A DNA stretch of 64,000 nt. Origin: Sminthopsis crassicaudata. Its lineage: Eukaryota. The notes under the pieces are model-generated. The model had not been told where the DNA came from and did not search any database. It saw nothing but the letters and a program-made list of their open reading frames with translations. The translations under genes and the position numbers were made by a program. Positions 10,858 through 52,399 of this stretch are shown here, one piece after another. The stretch spans positions 488,602,958 to 488,666,957 of the forward strand of contig NC_133617.1 of NCBI RefSeq assembly GCF_048593235.1. The letters are read 5' to 3'. Every line of letters begins with the position of its first letter. The stretch's first letter is position 1.

Positions 10858-12664
10858 CTATATAGCATTATTAAAAAATTATAGCATATGATAGAACATA
10901 TGCATGGATAATTTTTTACAACGATGTCCCTTGCACTCACTTCTGTTCCAGCTTTTTCCTTCCCTCCTTCTCCTCCCATATCTCTCCTCTCTTTTGTGGT
11001 TAAACTTCTTGGGAAAGTTGTATACAATAGGTGCCTCTCCCTAAGTTAGTAACTTAGATATGCCAATTCTTTCTTTATTCAATTCTTAGTGAACAAAAAA
11101 GTTGGAAGCATAGTGAGAATGTTGAAGCATATATCTGCAGCCTATTCAGTTGATCCAAAAGGCTGCAATACCTTTAAGAAATGTTTTGCTGACCCTGTCT
11201 CTTAATAGTCCAATGGAATCTGAACAGGAACAGATGGTTGGTGAGGAAGAGGATTTTCTATTTTCTATTGGTTGCCAACTTATAGGGAAATATAGTCATA
11301 TAAAATTGATGAAAAACAAAACTTAAATTGTCATTAGCCAAATGAGGATAAGAAACATTTGATTCTTATGTTTGTTCTCTTGAGTCTAGTATGGATTTAG
11401 CCCAGAGGGGACACTCAACAGAATCATAAGAAATGATCCCTTGAAAAAATTAACCCCACAGGACCAGTAAGTGATATCTTAACCTCTGCTTAAAGATTTC
11501 CAATAAAGTGGTTGTACTACCTGTAACATAGAGTGCACAGGTAAAACCAATTTACCATTATTTCTATTAGGGCTCATAGTACTAAACTAAGATCTACACT
11601 CATAAATGCATTCAGTTAAATTTTATCGACTATTCAATAATACAACCATCAAGTCTCTAAGAACAAATCGCCAACCTGACTCCTCAAGATCCCACTAAGA
11701 ATCTTTTGTTCTGGAACTTATGACAGGGTAACTTCTCTGCCCAGTTGGAGGTTATGTCTTTCCCTTCAAGTAGCATTCTGTCAATTCTCTGTCAGTCAAG
11801 TGAACTAGGATGCTCACGTTTCCATATGTCTTCCAAGTTTGGAAATACAGGAGTCTTCCTAGTTTCAATCTGGGATCAAGCTGATGGCTGGGACCAGGGA
11901 ACTTGGGGATATGCTTCTGGTTTTATAAATCATATCTAAATTCTGATTGGTGATGTATTATTACCCAAGCTTTTGATGGAAGAAACTATCAATCACATCT
12001 AATGCCATTGACAAGTGTTTATCAATGACAAGTGTTTATCAATTATTTACCAGATTTGGGGGATGTATGTCATTAATACATTAGTACATTAGTACTCAAA
12101 TCTAAGGGATATAAATTTGAAAATATTTACCAAATCTGGGACACACATACCATTGCAAAATTATATTACTAAAAAAATAGCTTATATAACAACTATTTAG
12201 TCACAAGATGGATGGTTAAAGCAAAATGGGTTTGTTCAACCTAAATTAACACATTTGTTTCTACTATAGTATCTCACTAATGCAATACATTCTACTTTTG
12301 GAAAGTTCTAATAATTATAAAGTTTTTCCTTACTTTAAAGACTAAATTGGCATCTTTACAATTTCCATCTATTAATTCTATCTTCTGGCATTAAATAGAA
12401 TAGATTTAATTCTTCAATAAATGCTTAATGACAGTACTTCAATTAAGTGTGAAACAATCTGCTTCATAGTTTTTATTAGTAAATTTTTAAAAAGAGGCAG
12501 GGAGATGTTGCTTCAGAAAATAGTAAACAACTGTGGAAAGGCTTCATAAGTAGAACATTTTATAAAATGTATTAAAGGGGTTCAGTGGATACAGTAGTAA
12601 CTATAGAGTCAGGAGGATCTGAATTCTAATTGCCTTGGAAAACATTTTTTTAAAATTAAAAAAT

Positions 12665-13285
12665 GGCATGCCTATCAATTGGAGATTGGCTGAATAAATT
12701 GTAGTATATGAATAATATGTAATATTATTGTTCTGTAAGAAATGACCAACAGGATGATTTCAGAAAGTCCTGGAGAGACTTAAGTGAACTGATGCTGAGT
12801 GAAATGAGCAGGATCAGGAGATCATTATATACTTCAACAACAATACTGTATGATGATCAATTCTGATGGACGTGGCCCTCTCCAACAATGAGATGAACTA
12901 AATCAGTTCCGATAGAGCAGTAATGAACTGAACCAGCTATACCCAGCGAAAGAACTCTGGGAGATGACTATGAACCACTACATAGAATTTCTAATCCCTC
13001 TAATTTTGTCCACCTGCATTTTGGATTTCCTTCACAGGCTAAATGTACACTATTTCAAAGTCAGATTCTTTTTGTTCAGCAAAATAACTGTTTGATCATG
13101 TATACATATATTGTATTTAATTTATACTCTAACATATTTAACATGTATTGGTCGACCTGCCATCTGGGAGTGGGAGGAAAGGAAGGGAAAAATTGGAAAA
13201 AAAAAAGTTTTGGCAATTGTCAACGTTGTAAAATTACCCATGCAAATATCTGGTAAATAAAAACTGTTATTATTTTAAAAAATTA
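12665..13285 (+). mobile_element. 5'-truncated L1 3' fragment
   Basis: CCTATCAATTGGAGA...GTAAGAAATGACCAACAGGATG...GAACTGATGCTGAGTGAAATGAGC; A-rich tail; imperfect TSD (AAAAATGGC). Confidence 0.85.
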
Positions 13286-13859
13286 AAAATGGCTTTTATA
13301 AATAGATGTTCACTTGCCAAGTTCAGACAACCATTCCAAACCTAGCTGGACATATCCCTGGCCATGCCAGTCCAGAATTCTCAGATATGCAATTCTCAGC
13401 AACTTCTACAATGAGGAAAAAATGGAAATTGCTCAAGTTCTGAGCAATTAGATATATGATCAATTCTTGTTTATTGGTCCCTCTGCAGAATAAAAGCATC
13501 TTCAGCATTCTGTTCTCTTCTCTCTTTGGGGGTGACTTCCAAATGTAAATCTCCAGCTTTCATATTTCTCCTAACATCCAATTCTGTATTTCTATCTGGC
13601 TGCTTGTTATCTCCAGCTGTAAATCCTGCAAGCATCCCATACTCACATCAAAAAAAAAAAAATGAACACATTCCATTTTCTGAAGATCTCCTGAATTCCT
13701 TTCTGTTGATGCCATCAGCTTTTCATAAGGCTAGGATCACAAGGCATCTTCTTTTACTCTTTTTTTTTCCTCTTTCTCTTATTACCCATATCCAATCAGT
13801 CAACATGTTTTGGTGATTCTTTGTTTTCTTTGATTTCTCAAGTCTTCTGCTGATTTCAA

Positions 13860-14430
13860 AAAAGCCTGAAAAGACCTACATGAATTGATGCTGAGTGAAG
13901 TAAGTAGAACCAGGAGATCACTGTATATGGCAACAAGATTATGTGATGATCATCTGTGAGGGATCTGGCTCTTCTCAACAAGGCAGTGATTCAAGGCAAT
14001 TCCAAGAAACTTGGAATGGAAAATGCCAATCACATCTAGAGAGAGAACTAGGAGACTGAATGTGAATCAAAACATAGTATTTTCATCTTTTTGTTTGTTT
14101 CTTTCTGGTGTCTATTTTTTTCCTTTGGTCTCCTTTTTCTTGTACAACATGGCAAATATGGAAATTTTTTTTATTAAAGCTTTTTATTTTCAAAACATAT
14201 GCAAGGATAATTTTTCAACATTGACCCTTGCAAAACCTTGGTTTATGGAAATATGTTTAAAAGGACTGCACATATTTAACCTAAAACAGATAACTTGCTA
14301 TCTTGGGAAGAGGGGAAGTAAGAGAGAGAGGGAGGGAAAAATTTAAAACACAAAGTTTTACAAAAATGAATTTTGAAAAACTATTTTTACATGAATTTGG
14401 AAAAATAAAATATTATTATTTTTAAAAAGC
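13860..14430 (+). mobile_element. Older L1 3' UTR remnant
   Basis: GACCTACATGAATTGATGCTGAGTGAAGTAAGTAGAACCAGGAGATCA motif and diverged 3' UTR. Confidence 0.7.
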
Positions 14431-16129
14431 CTCTTCCTCTTCCATTCCATTACTACATCTATCACCTTCATATACCTTCTCAACTGGATTACTGCAATGG
14501 ATACATAATTGGGGAAAGGCAGTGATTGAGAGTTGCTGGGCATTACTCAGAAGAATTCCTTATGTCCTCTCATCATCATGTCTAGCTCCATGGGAGGTGC
14601 CAAAATAACAAAGGTCCAGTCTCTGTCCCTGTAAACTATCCAGCACAGATTGTTAGATCAGTCAACCTAATGCTCAGCTCTCATTGTGCCCTTCTTCTGC
14701 TCAAGAATCACAAAATGGCACTTCTGGTCACATTGCTCCCTGCATGTGCCTGCAAGGCCTTCCTCGCCATCTCTGTCAAAATCTTATCCTTACTTCAGAT
14801 ACTATCTTAGATGCCCCCTTTTCCACAAAGTCTTTCCTGATTCTCCCAACTATATATGATCTTTCCCTGCTCAAAAACTCTCATAGAACTTCGGATATTT
14901 TATAGGACATTTCTAATCCAATGATATCTCCCAGTTGTGTGACCCTAGTAGACTGCTGAGGAGTCTAGATTTTAAAGTTTGCACAGCACTTTACAAGTAT
15001 TATGTCATTTAAATCTCAGATTCTTGGAAGTAGATGCTATTATTATCCCCACTTTACAGATGAAGAAACCGAGGCAGAATTTGAACTCAGGTCTTCCTAA
15101 ATATAGGTCCACTACTCTATCTATTGTGTCACCTAATTGTCTCTAACCTAGTAGAACTGGTTTATAATTGAATAAAAGAAGAAGAAAGGTGATGAGTTAT
15201 GTTTCAGGAAGATTTGACAGTGATATTTAGAATGGACTGATGGAAGGAAAAATTGGAGATTCGAGAGAAGAATATTGTACTCTTCTGGGTAGACAGTGTG
15301 AGATCTTGAACCAATAAAATAGCAAAGGGAAAAGAAAATAGAGAATGGTTATGAGAGACATAACAGAGGCGGAATGGACAGAACTTGGTGAGCAAGCAAC
15401 TGAATGTAGAGAACAAAGGAAAAGAAAGAATCAAAGGGGATTGTGTCTGAAGCCAGGTTATGGGAGGATAGTGGGTATCATTAAGATATCATGAAAACTA
15501 GGTACTGAAATAGTGAGGAAGTTTTGGAAAGAGGATGATAAATTTTGTTTTGGAAGTGTTGATCTTGAAGTATCTTGTTATATCTCTTAGTTCCTCCACA
15601 GAACTTAACAAAGTAATTTATAAATGTGAAGCTCAATAAATAGTTAAGTGAATGACAGATGACTTTCTGTCCTATACGAACACATTCAAGGTTTTAGACT
15701 GATTTCCCCCAGTGTGTGGTAAAGTTGGAACACTATCAGCTTAATGGCTAGGTTGTCCAAATAGGTGATTTCTCTTTTAAAGCAATTTTTTTTCCCTTTT
15801 AGGGAAAAAAATTGAGAATCAATTGGTTAAACAATTAAGCACTGAAATTGTTTCATGGAGGAAATGGAACCTCAACTTGGCTTTGAAGGGTAAATAGGAT
15901 TTGCTTTGTTATTGGTAAATAGGGAGGACATTTCAAGGCTCAAAAGTTAGAATAAATTTAGGTGGTACAATGAGAAAATAAACTGTCTAGAGCTTCAGAG
16001 GGAAAATGAGGTTGCAAGACGGGATAGTGTCAGATTAAGGAAGTGCTTAAGAGTTAGGCAGAATTTTTAAAAAATTCAGAAAAGGACGAAAACAAAGAGG
16101 GTGATGATTAATTAGAGAAAAGCTAAGGA

Positions 16130-16640
16130 AATTGTGACATATGAATATAATGGAATACTACATAAGAAGTCATGAAAGGGATAGTTTCAAGGAAACCTAA
16201 GAAAACTTGAATGAACTGATGGAGAATGAAGTACTAGAACCAGGAAAAATAATTTACATGATAACAATAACAATATAAAAGAAAACTCTGAAAGACTTAA
16301 GAACTCAGATAAATGCAATAAATTGCCATAACTCCAAAATATTGATGATGAATCATAATTCCCATCTCTTTTTTTTTCAGAGAAATGATAGACTAGGAAT
16401 GCACAATGACATTCACATTTTCTGACATAGCCTATATATCTCTGTTTTGTTTGACTACATTTATTTATTTAAAAGGGAGGGTATTTAAAATTTTATTTTT
16501 CATTTTAAGAGGGGAGAGTTATGAAGAAAATGGGAATAGTAATAATGATTAAAAAAAGGAAAGAATATTAAGAACATTTGTAAAATGCACAGAAGTGAGC
16601 TAAAGGAAGTTCAGAGACACAGACCATTAAGACATATTGA
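16130..16640 (+). mobile_element. Highly diverged L1 3' remnant
   Basis: GAATATAATGGAATACTAC...GAACTGATGGAGAATGAAGTACTAGAACCAGG motif. Confidence 0.55.
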
Positions 16641-16962
16641 AATCACTGCATAAAATTTTCATATTCTTAATATTGAACATAATTGAGATTCACAATTTTA
16701 TATGCCATTCTCTTTGGAAATTATTGTGTATATTTATGCTTGCCAACTTCATAATTAAAAGAAAAAAATTTCAAAAGTTAGGTAGAGGTATTTTGTGTGC
16801 AGGTAAACAAGGCATGAACAGATTAAATACCTCATTCTTCCCTAGCCACTTTCAAATGAGAAGGAACAAAAACTATTCTAAGATTTTGGGTGGGAATTGA
16901 AGCAGCAGTACTAGCCATTAACTCTACATTTGTGTTACAAGCTTATTAGAACATAGTACTTC

Positions 16963-17110
16963 GGGGCAGCTAGGTGGCGCAGTGGATAGAGCACCAGGCT
17001 TGAATTCTGGAGGACCCGAGTTCAAATTTAGTCTCAGACACTTAACACTTCCTAGCTGTGTGACCCTGGGCAAGTCACTTAACCCCAGCCTCCAAAAAAA
17101 AAAAGAAAAA
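16963..17110 (+). mobile_element. Young-looking full-length WSINE1-like SINE with TSD
   Basis: GGGGCAGCTAGGTGGCGCAGTGGATAGAGCACC (A box), GAGTTCAAAT (B box), CORE, poly-A; TSD AGAACATAGTACT at 16948-16960 and 17111-17123. Confidence 0.95.
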
Positions 17111-17699
17111 AGAACATAGTACTGCTATTTCTATCTCTAATATATTTATTAGGGTGGGGAGAATGAGGCAGACAAAAAGAAAAGAAAAAAAAAGAGGGAT
17201 TACCATTTGAGGGATGGCAGGACAAATTGGGGTAAATTAATATAATAATATTGTGCTATAAGAAATCACAAATAGGAGGAATTTGGAGAAACATAATAAA
17301 ATTTCTATCAACTTATGAAACGCAAAGTAAAGAAAACCAGGAGAACTATACTGAGAATATAAAATATAAATGAAAATACTACTAAAAAGCAGCCAAATCA
17401 GATTAGTTGCAATGACCAATTGAAGAACAGCTGATAAAAACACTTTCCTACTCTTTATCAAGGAAGTATAAGACAAGAATTAGGTTTTTTTCCTTTTCTT
17501 CTTTTTTATATCACCTCAGTGCTTAGTATATTGCCTAACAAGTATAGGCAGCTAATAAATACTTGTTGGAATTGAATACAATGAAGTACAAAATATGGTC
17601 TTTGTTTTCAAAATCTTTATGCTATAGTTATATCTAGACAAGATATTAAAAAAGTATAGTAGCATAATCAAAAGAAATCAAAGAAAAAGGAAAAAGAAT

Positions 17700-18300
17700 C
17701 TTATGAACAAAAAGTCATAGCAGCTGTTTTTGTAGTTGTAAAGAAATGGAAGTTCCTATCAATTGGGGAATGAATAAATAAATTTGGGTATATGAATGTA
17801 ATGGAATATTATTGTGCTGTAAGAAATGATAAAAGTGATGAGTTCAAAGAAACCTAAAAAAAACTTGTAAGAACTGCAGCTGATGTAGTGTGAAGTAACA
17901 GTAAATAATTTATATAATTTCAACAATAGCAAAAAGGTATTTTTAAAACCTCAAGATTTCCAATCAATGCAATAATCAGCCATAAGTTCAGAGGATTGAT
18001 AGATTTGTGCTATCAAGCTACTGACAGAAAAGAGCCAATAGATTCAAGATTTGGAATGAGATATACATTTTTGGACATGGATAATGTGAGGATGTTTTGC
18101 TTAATTATAAATGTTTATTGTGAGTTTTTTTTTTTAATTTAAAAATATTTTTTGTTATATGGAAGAGGATAAATTCAGGGGAAAAGATGATATAAAAACA
18201 AATGATTTAAAAATGAATGAAAGAAATTAGTTGGGATAATGGGAGAAAAAGTAAATGTTTATTAATTTGAAAATTTAAAAATTAAGAAAACAAAGTACTC
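17700..18300 (+). mobile_element. Highly diverged L1 3' remnant
   Basis: CCTATCAATTGGGGAAT...GTATATGAATGTAATGGAATATTATTGTGCTGTAAGAAATGA. Confidence 0.6.
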
Positions 18301-18689
18301 AAGAAAGTCTATGACAAGGATCACAGTTCAGAGCTGTCAGAGAAGTCTTAATGGAAAATGTTAAGAGTTGCTCTAGATCTTGAAGGATGGTGTGCAAAAG
18401 ATAAATGGAGAAGAGTTAAAAGACAATTTATGCAACAAATTACTAAAGTTGATAATGTACATGACATTTAAAATTGTGTTTAATGCACTTGTTCTTTCTT
18501 AAATGTACATACAGAGTTTTTTATATATTATCATTAGGAGACTAAAGTCACAGTTCAGGAAAGCTTTTGAGGACCTCAAGTGTAATTAACTAGAAATAGG
18601 CTGGAAAGAAAAGGTATAATCCAAGATTGTCTAGAAAGTTTAGTTAACCTTTTCATTTCTGTGTCAAGGAATAGACTCTTGTGTGTGTG

Positions 18690-20050
18690 GTTTGACACGC
18701 AGCGCGGAAACTACACTTCCCAAGAACCCTCGCGCGCCAACAAGCCAACACCTCCTTCTGGCACGCGCGTCTCCTCCCTTTCCCTCCCCCTTTGCTCTCG
18801 CACCCGCACTATCTATCGCGAGAGGACGGGCCGCGGCGGCTGTAGCGGCAGTGATCTGTGGTGGTGGTGGTGGTGGTGGCGGCCGAAGGCGGCGGCGGCC
18901 ATTTTGGTGAGGCCTCTGGAGCGGCGGTGGCGGCGGCGGCGGTTCGCGGGGAGTGGCACCTCCCCTCCCCCCCCACCGCCCTCCTACATCTGTGCGCCTA
19001 GAGAGGTGGAGGTAGAGACGAGATAGCGGCAGTACTGGCAGGCCCAGTGAGACTTGGGGCGGCCGCCGCGACGAGAGAGAAACCCTCCCCCCTTTCTCGG
19101 CGGGGGGGTGGCGCGCGCGCCCCCGAGGACGCAGGTAAGAAGAGGGAGACAAGATGGCTGATTCCCCTCGTCCCTCCCTCCCTCTCTCCCTCCTCCCCCC
19201 TCCCACCTCTCGACGACGAATGATTGCGCGCGCATCTCTGCTCTCCTCCCTCCCCCCCTTCCCGGGTTGCTGCGCGCGCATCTTCGGCCGGGCCCCGGGG
19301 CCAGTGCGCGAGACTGCCGGCGCGCGCCCATAGAGAGGGACAGAGAGGCCAGACGGGCCAAAAGGGGCACCGGCGTTTTATCCTCTCCCCTTTCCCGCTC
19401 TCCGCGCGCGTGCACGGGTGAACGAGTCTGAGAGGCGAGCGCGAGATCCAGGTGCGCTCTTGGCCGCGCGTATCCGTGACCCCTCCTCTCGCCCTGTCTC
19501 CCTGTTCTCTTTCCTTTAAGAGCGCGCAGGAAGGGAGTGGGTAGGGAGCGTGGGTCGGGCAGTATTTGTGCGTGCCCATCTCCGGTTCTTCACTAGGGTG
19601 GGTGGATGGGGGGGCCTTATTAAAGCTCACCTGTTTTTCTCCCTTCCCCACTTATTTCCCCACGATGTAATAGAGTGATAGGCTAGGCCGGGCACGAAGT
19701 ACTGTTTTCCCCGATCCTGGGTTCCTCCTACCTCCCCCCGCCCCCTCCCCCGCCTTTCCCTTCCCCTCAGTGCGAAGATTGATTTGGGCGGGAGCCCTTA
19801 GGCTTGGGCAACCTTGCCAGGTCTCCCCACCCCCTGCCGCGCAAGCGCTGCCTGTTCTAACTTGGGGTGTGTGTGGGGGGGAGGAATCGTGTGTGTGTGT
19901 GTGTGTGTGTGTATGCTGTGTGTGTTTGTGTGTTTGTGCGCGCCTTCCCCGAACCCCTCCTCTTCTTCCGCGGACCCGTGTGCGCGTACCTTGGATGGAA
20001 AGGCGGAGTTGGGGAGGGGCAAATAAGTGGGAGGAGTTGGGTGGTAACGT
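18690..20050 (+). promoter_or_regulatory. SRCAP CpG-island promoter and non-coding exon 1 (donor after 19134)
   Basis: Abrupt rise in GC and CpG. TATCGCGAGA (TMTCGCGANR/BANP-type) at 18814-18823; YY1-like GCGGCCATTTTG at ~18895-18906; TGCGCGCGCA palindromes at 19225 and 19271; donor CAG|GTAAGA at 19134/19135. The exact TSS is not determinable. Confidence 0.85.
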
Positions 20051-20869
20051 GGGTTAAAGAAGTCAGAGGTCAGAAAGGGTCAGAGCTCTGAACGGTGGGA
20101 GGGGGCGTGAAATAGGGGTCTATATGTAGTTAGGCACTGCAATATGTCGGGGTAAAGAGGTCAACCAAGACTTAGTGGCCAAGGATTCGGGGTAAGGTGA
20201 GGTAGGAGGAGTGAATCGTAATAGCAATGATTTAAAATTTGGTGAAACATTTCCAGGTTAACTCTTAACAACTTGGGGTATAGGGCTTTTCCACATCAGA
20301 ATCGAACTGTAATCTGACTTCTGTTACTGGAATCATTTCTGTAAAGAATGTGCATTTGTGAAACTATCTGGTCAAGGATTTGTGGAGCCCAGTCGTTAAA
20401 ACTGCTAGTCTCTGTTATGAACAAGCCTGAGAACTCCAGAGGCCTTTCCTTGACTGTAGAAGTCAGAAAAGTCATCTTTGTACCTCTTGTGTTTATCTTT
20501 TCTGTATGCAAGAACCTTCACTTTCATAAGGTCCACTGATTCGCTTCTTTTCCTTAAACAAACAGTACAGGATTTTTAAAGCTTTCTTTTACTGTACTAT
20601 ATCTTTCCCTCCCTGCTTCCCCACCCTTCCTTGGGTGGCAGAAACTTGTTCCTATTCCCTGAATGAATTCTATTTCCATAGTACATGCTTTTGCTTACTC
20701 TTCTCTGGAACATAAAAACTTTCTTCCTTAATGCTCTTATTGGAATCTTTTTCTTTTCTGTTAAATTAGGAAACATTGAAAAATTCAAAAGCAGATAGTG
20801 TCAAATACATGAATTTATAAGAAAGAAGTTCCTCAAAGTTTATGATTCTTTTCTCTCCCCTCTTTGTAG

Positions 20870-20943
20870 GTGTGCTCTCCTTTGGTACAGCGGCACCGTG
20901 GAAGTGCAGACTTTCACGGCGGGTGTGGTCTCAGCTCACACAG
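20870..20943 (+). other. SRCAP: SRCAP 5' leader exon 2 (74 nt; annotated non-coding in mammals, possibly coding - see findings)
   Basis: Polypyrimidine tract + TAG acceptor at 20867-20869; CAG|GTGAGA donor at 20943; CpG-containing island in AT-rich intron. Confidence 0.8.
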
Positions 20944-21451
20944 GTGAGAGAGAGAAGAGCCTTTAAAAAGAAAATTAACAGGGAAGAGTTTAAGGCATCT
21001 ATAAACACTAGTTGAGGGCATGAATTCTGGGCTCCTAATATTTTAATGTGCTTTTTGTGAAGAGTTTGGTTTCACTAGTAAGGGGACAATGTAAACTCTA
21101 GTACTTTGAATGAAAACATTGTCAAATAAAGTGGCTTTCTACTCTGGTTTTTAGAAATTGGGAGTAATGGGGTTTCTTTATACTCCTTTTGTCCCAGGAG
21201 ATGGCTGTGATCCTTCTATCTTTCCCATTCATTTTGAAGCAGGTACTCCAGAGGCCAGTGGACCTGAACGGAGGCTGGGACGCCCTGGGGGGCCCCGGGC
21301 CCTGGACAGTGGGTCCCGGTGGCCGGTGGCCCAGAATGAGGCCAGTTCCCAGCATGCCCTGCAGCCGGACGCCAGCCCCTCGGCTAGCAGCAGTGGTGAC
21401 GAAGATACCGTCATCCTCCAGGCATCCTACGTGGAGCCCAGGAGTGGGACA

Positions 21452-49015
<27,564 letters not shown>

Positions 49016-49397
49016 CCAGCCCTCCCTCCACTCTGGCTGGCCAGCTCTGCCCCTCCATCCCCACAGCCAGTCCTGACTGTTAAACCACTACTTGAAGTCT
49101 GGGGAGAGGCCTTCAGGGGAATTTAGGGGGCCTTCCCCCCCTCCCCTACCAAAGTGTGTCTGGGGGAACTGGTTGTCATGGAAACAGGGCTCTTTACCCT
49201 CCCCACCCCCATCCCTTGGCTGGGCAGTGTTAAGGGTGGCAAGATAGCCACTGTCCCCACTCTCCTATACTTGATTCCCCATCCTGGCTGTCTTTCACAG
49301 GTCCCCACCCCCAGGGGAGGGGGAGGGACTCCTTTCTCTCTGCGATGAGTTTTTTTTTTTTTTTTTTTAAAGAAGAAAAAAAAAAAAAAGAAAAAAT

Positions 49398-49403
49398 AAT
49401 AAA
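49398..49403 (+). terminator. SRCAP polyadenylation signal AATAAA
   Basis: ~380 nt after the stop codon, followed by a GU/U-rich downstream element (~49440-49530). Confidence 0.75.
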
Positions 49404-50478
49404 CTTAGTTTCCGTATGAGCATCAGCGTAAGGAGGCTTCTGATTTCCTGGGATACTGGTGGGTGGGATGGGGTTTGGGCTTCGTCTATTTCTTCAGTCT
49501 TGCCCTAACCATCTGTGGCTGTTATGTTAATCTTTGTCAATTAATTCAAGGATAATATTTTTCTTTTAATACAAGCCTCTGCGAGCATCATGCCATCCAT
49601 TCAAATTGTCTCATTTTCTTTCTTCTGATTGTTCTTGACTCCAGTCCTTCAGACTCAAATTTGTGCACCTAGGAATGGTTTGCCAAAGAGTCATTGTCTT
49701 TGCAAAAGACAGGTATAGCCTTGCGTCCCCCTCCCTCAGGCTTTCCATCTTCTAGACTCACCTTGCTGCTCAAACAGGTTTTGAGGTGGCCCCATCTCAC
49801 TCCTCCCCTCTAGCTCTAGCTCTTAAGGTGGGTGGATAGAGTGCCATGCCCCACCCCTGGGCTCAGATACCTTTGAGTCAGTGAGATGTTTCCACCCAAA
49901 TCAAATCAAAACCAACAAGCAGGGAGCTGAAATTCAGGGACCTACTGCCAGGTAAGAATCCTATTTCCCCTAGCTTTATCACAGACCTCTTAATATCCTT
50001 TTTCATTTTCCCAATAACCATAACTCTGTCAGTGCTTTAACCCTAAAATGATCTAAGTTCACAGTCCTCCCATAACACTCATTCCCTTTATTCACATTAA
50101 TCTCTTTGCCTTTTTTCCTACTACTTTCTCATCTATTCTCTTCCCTTTCCATCTCTTCCTCAGTTTCTCCTGGAACCTTCCTTCCTCTTTATCTACCAAG
50201 TCTCCCCAAAACAGTGATCAATTTGGACAGTGCTATTATCATACCAGTTTATTTCCGGTGGTGGAGAAAAAGGTAAGAAAAAGGAAGTCTTAGGGAAAGA
50301 ATTTAACCAGTAAACCACTTCATGCATGAGTCATTGCAAAAACTTGTTAAGAAAATTCCTGGTCAGACAACATTCCTGAGAAATGGCCTGTGCTACTTGG
50401 ATGTTCTTAAAGAGGATTTGAAATCCAGACTTGGTGCAAGGGATCCCATATACCCTGACAGACTGTCCTCTACAGGTA

Positions 50479-51311
<833 letters not shown>

Positions 51312-52399
51312 CCCTACTGTGACAAACCTGGACAGCATGAAGTTGTCCTGTGCCATCAAAGGTGGGCCTCACAGCAAGGTCCTTCATCATGACCAGAAGA
51401 ACAAGGGCCCCCAGATCCTGGAAGATATTTAACTACCTTTCAAAAAGTGGTTTTCCAGAGTCTGCCTTCCTAGCATGCAGGCAACAGAGCCATTCAGAGG
51501 GGCTGATAATAAAAGGTTTGAACTTGCATGGACTCACTCCTGCCCTTGGGACCTTAGCCCATATATGGGGTTGGAGAATAGGCAGCCCTGATTACAATTA
51601 ATCTTGTAATTTAAAAAAACAAACAACCCTTTTTCAAGTGAAGATAAATGTTCCTATATAGTTAGTCTACACTGTCTTTTTCTATTCTCTGATAGTGTTC
51701 ATAGCTAGCTACTGTTTCAATTTCAGGATGGGAAAGAACCACCCAGTGGAGTACCTTTTTTCAGTTCAAAAATGAAGTGACTATTTGCAGAATCTTTCTC
51801 ATATGACTTGCACCTCTTTTCTTTACAAATCTTTATTAACACACACAAATACACCATAAAAAAAACTCAACATCAGCACAAATAACACGTTCGAGGTCTC
51901 ACAGCTGGGACTCCTATCCCTCATTCCCCAGATCTTTGCAAGATGCTATGCAAGTCTGCATTGTATTTACTGAGAAGTGATTGGGAGTGAAATCTTTTCT
52001 GGGATCAGATCTTTTATCATCGCCACTGATTACTAGACTTTGCATCAGCAGTTTAGGGAGGAAAAACTGGTGCATAATGGATAGGGTTCGGGATAAGAAT
52101 TAGCTTTTTTTCCCATTGGCTGCAGATGGAGGCAATTTAGAGGCTTTCCAGAAGGAGGTTGGACTCGAAATGGGGAACAATGATAAAAGTGGGTCCTAAT
52201 TCCTGCACTTGTGTAGACTGACCAGGTTGCCAATCTTTTATCGATAGGCTTAGCTTTAGGGCTAAGGGCCAGGTTAAAGCATGCCTCTGGTCATGAATAA
52301 TCGGGGAGCGAGAGTGCCCTAGGATGGGGCACGTGACCATGGTTCTAGGTAACAAGTGCCACTCCACTCCTTCATCCCGCTCACAGAGAGCCCACTTGA

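Noticed and set aside
16963-17040. tRNA gene
   Set aside because: The A/B boxes belong to a tRNA-derived SINE head followed by CORE, poly-A and a TSD; there is no cloverleaf.
18661-20091. Multiple 70-217 aa ORFs on both strands
   Set aside because: They are low-complexity Arg/Gly/Pro translations expected from stop-poor CpG-island DNA, with no recognisable domains.
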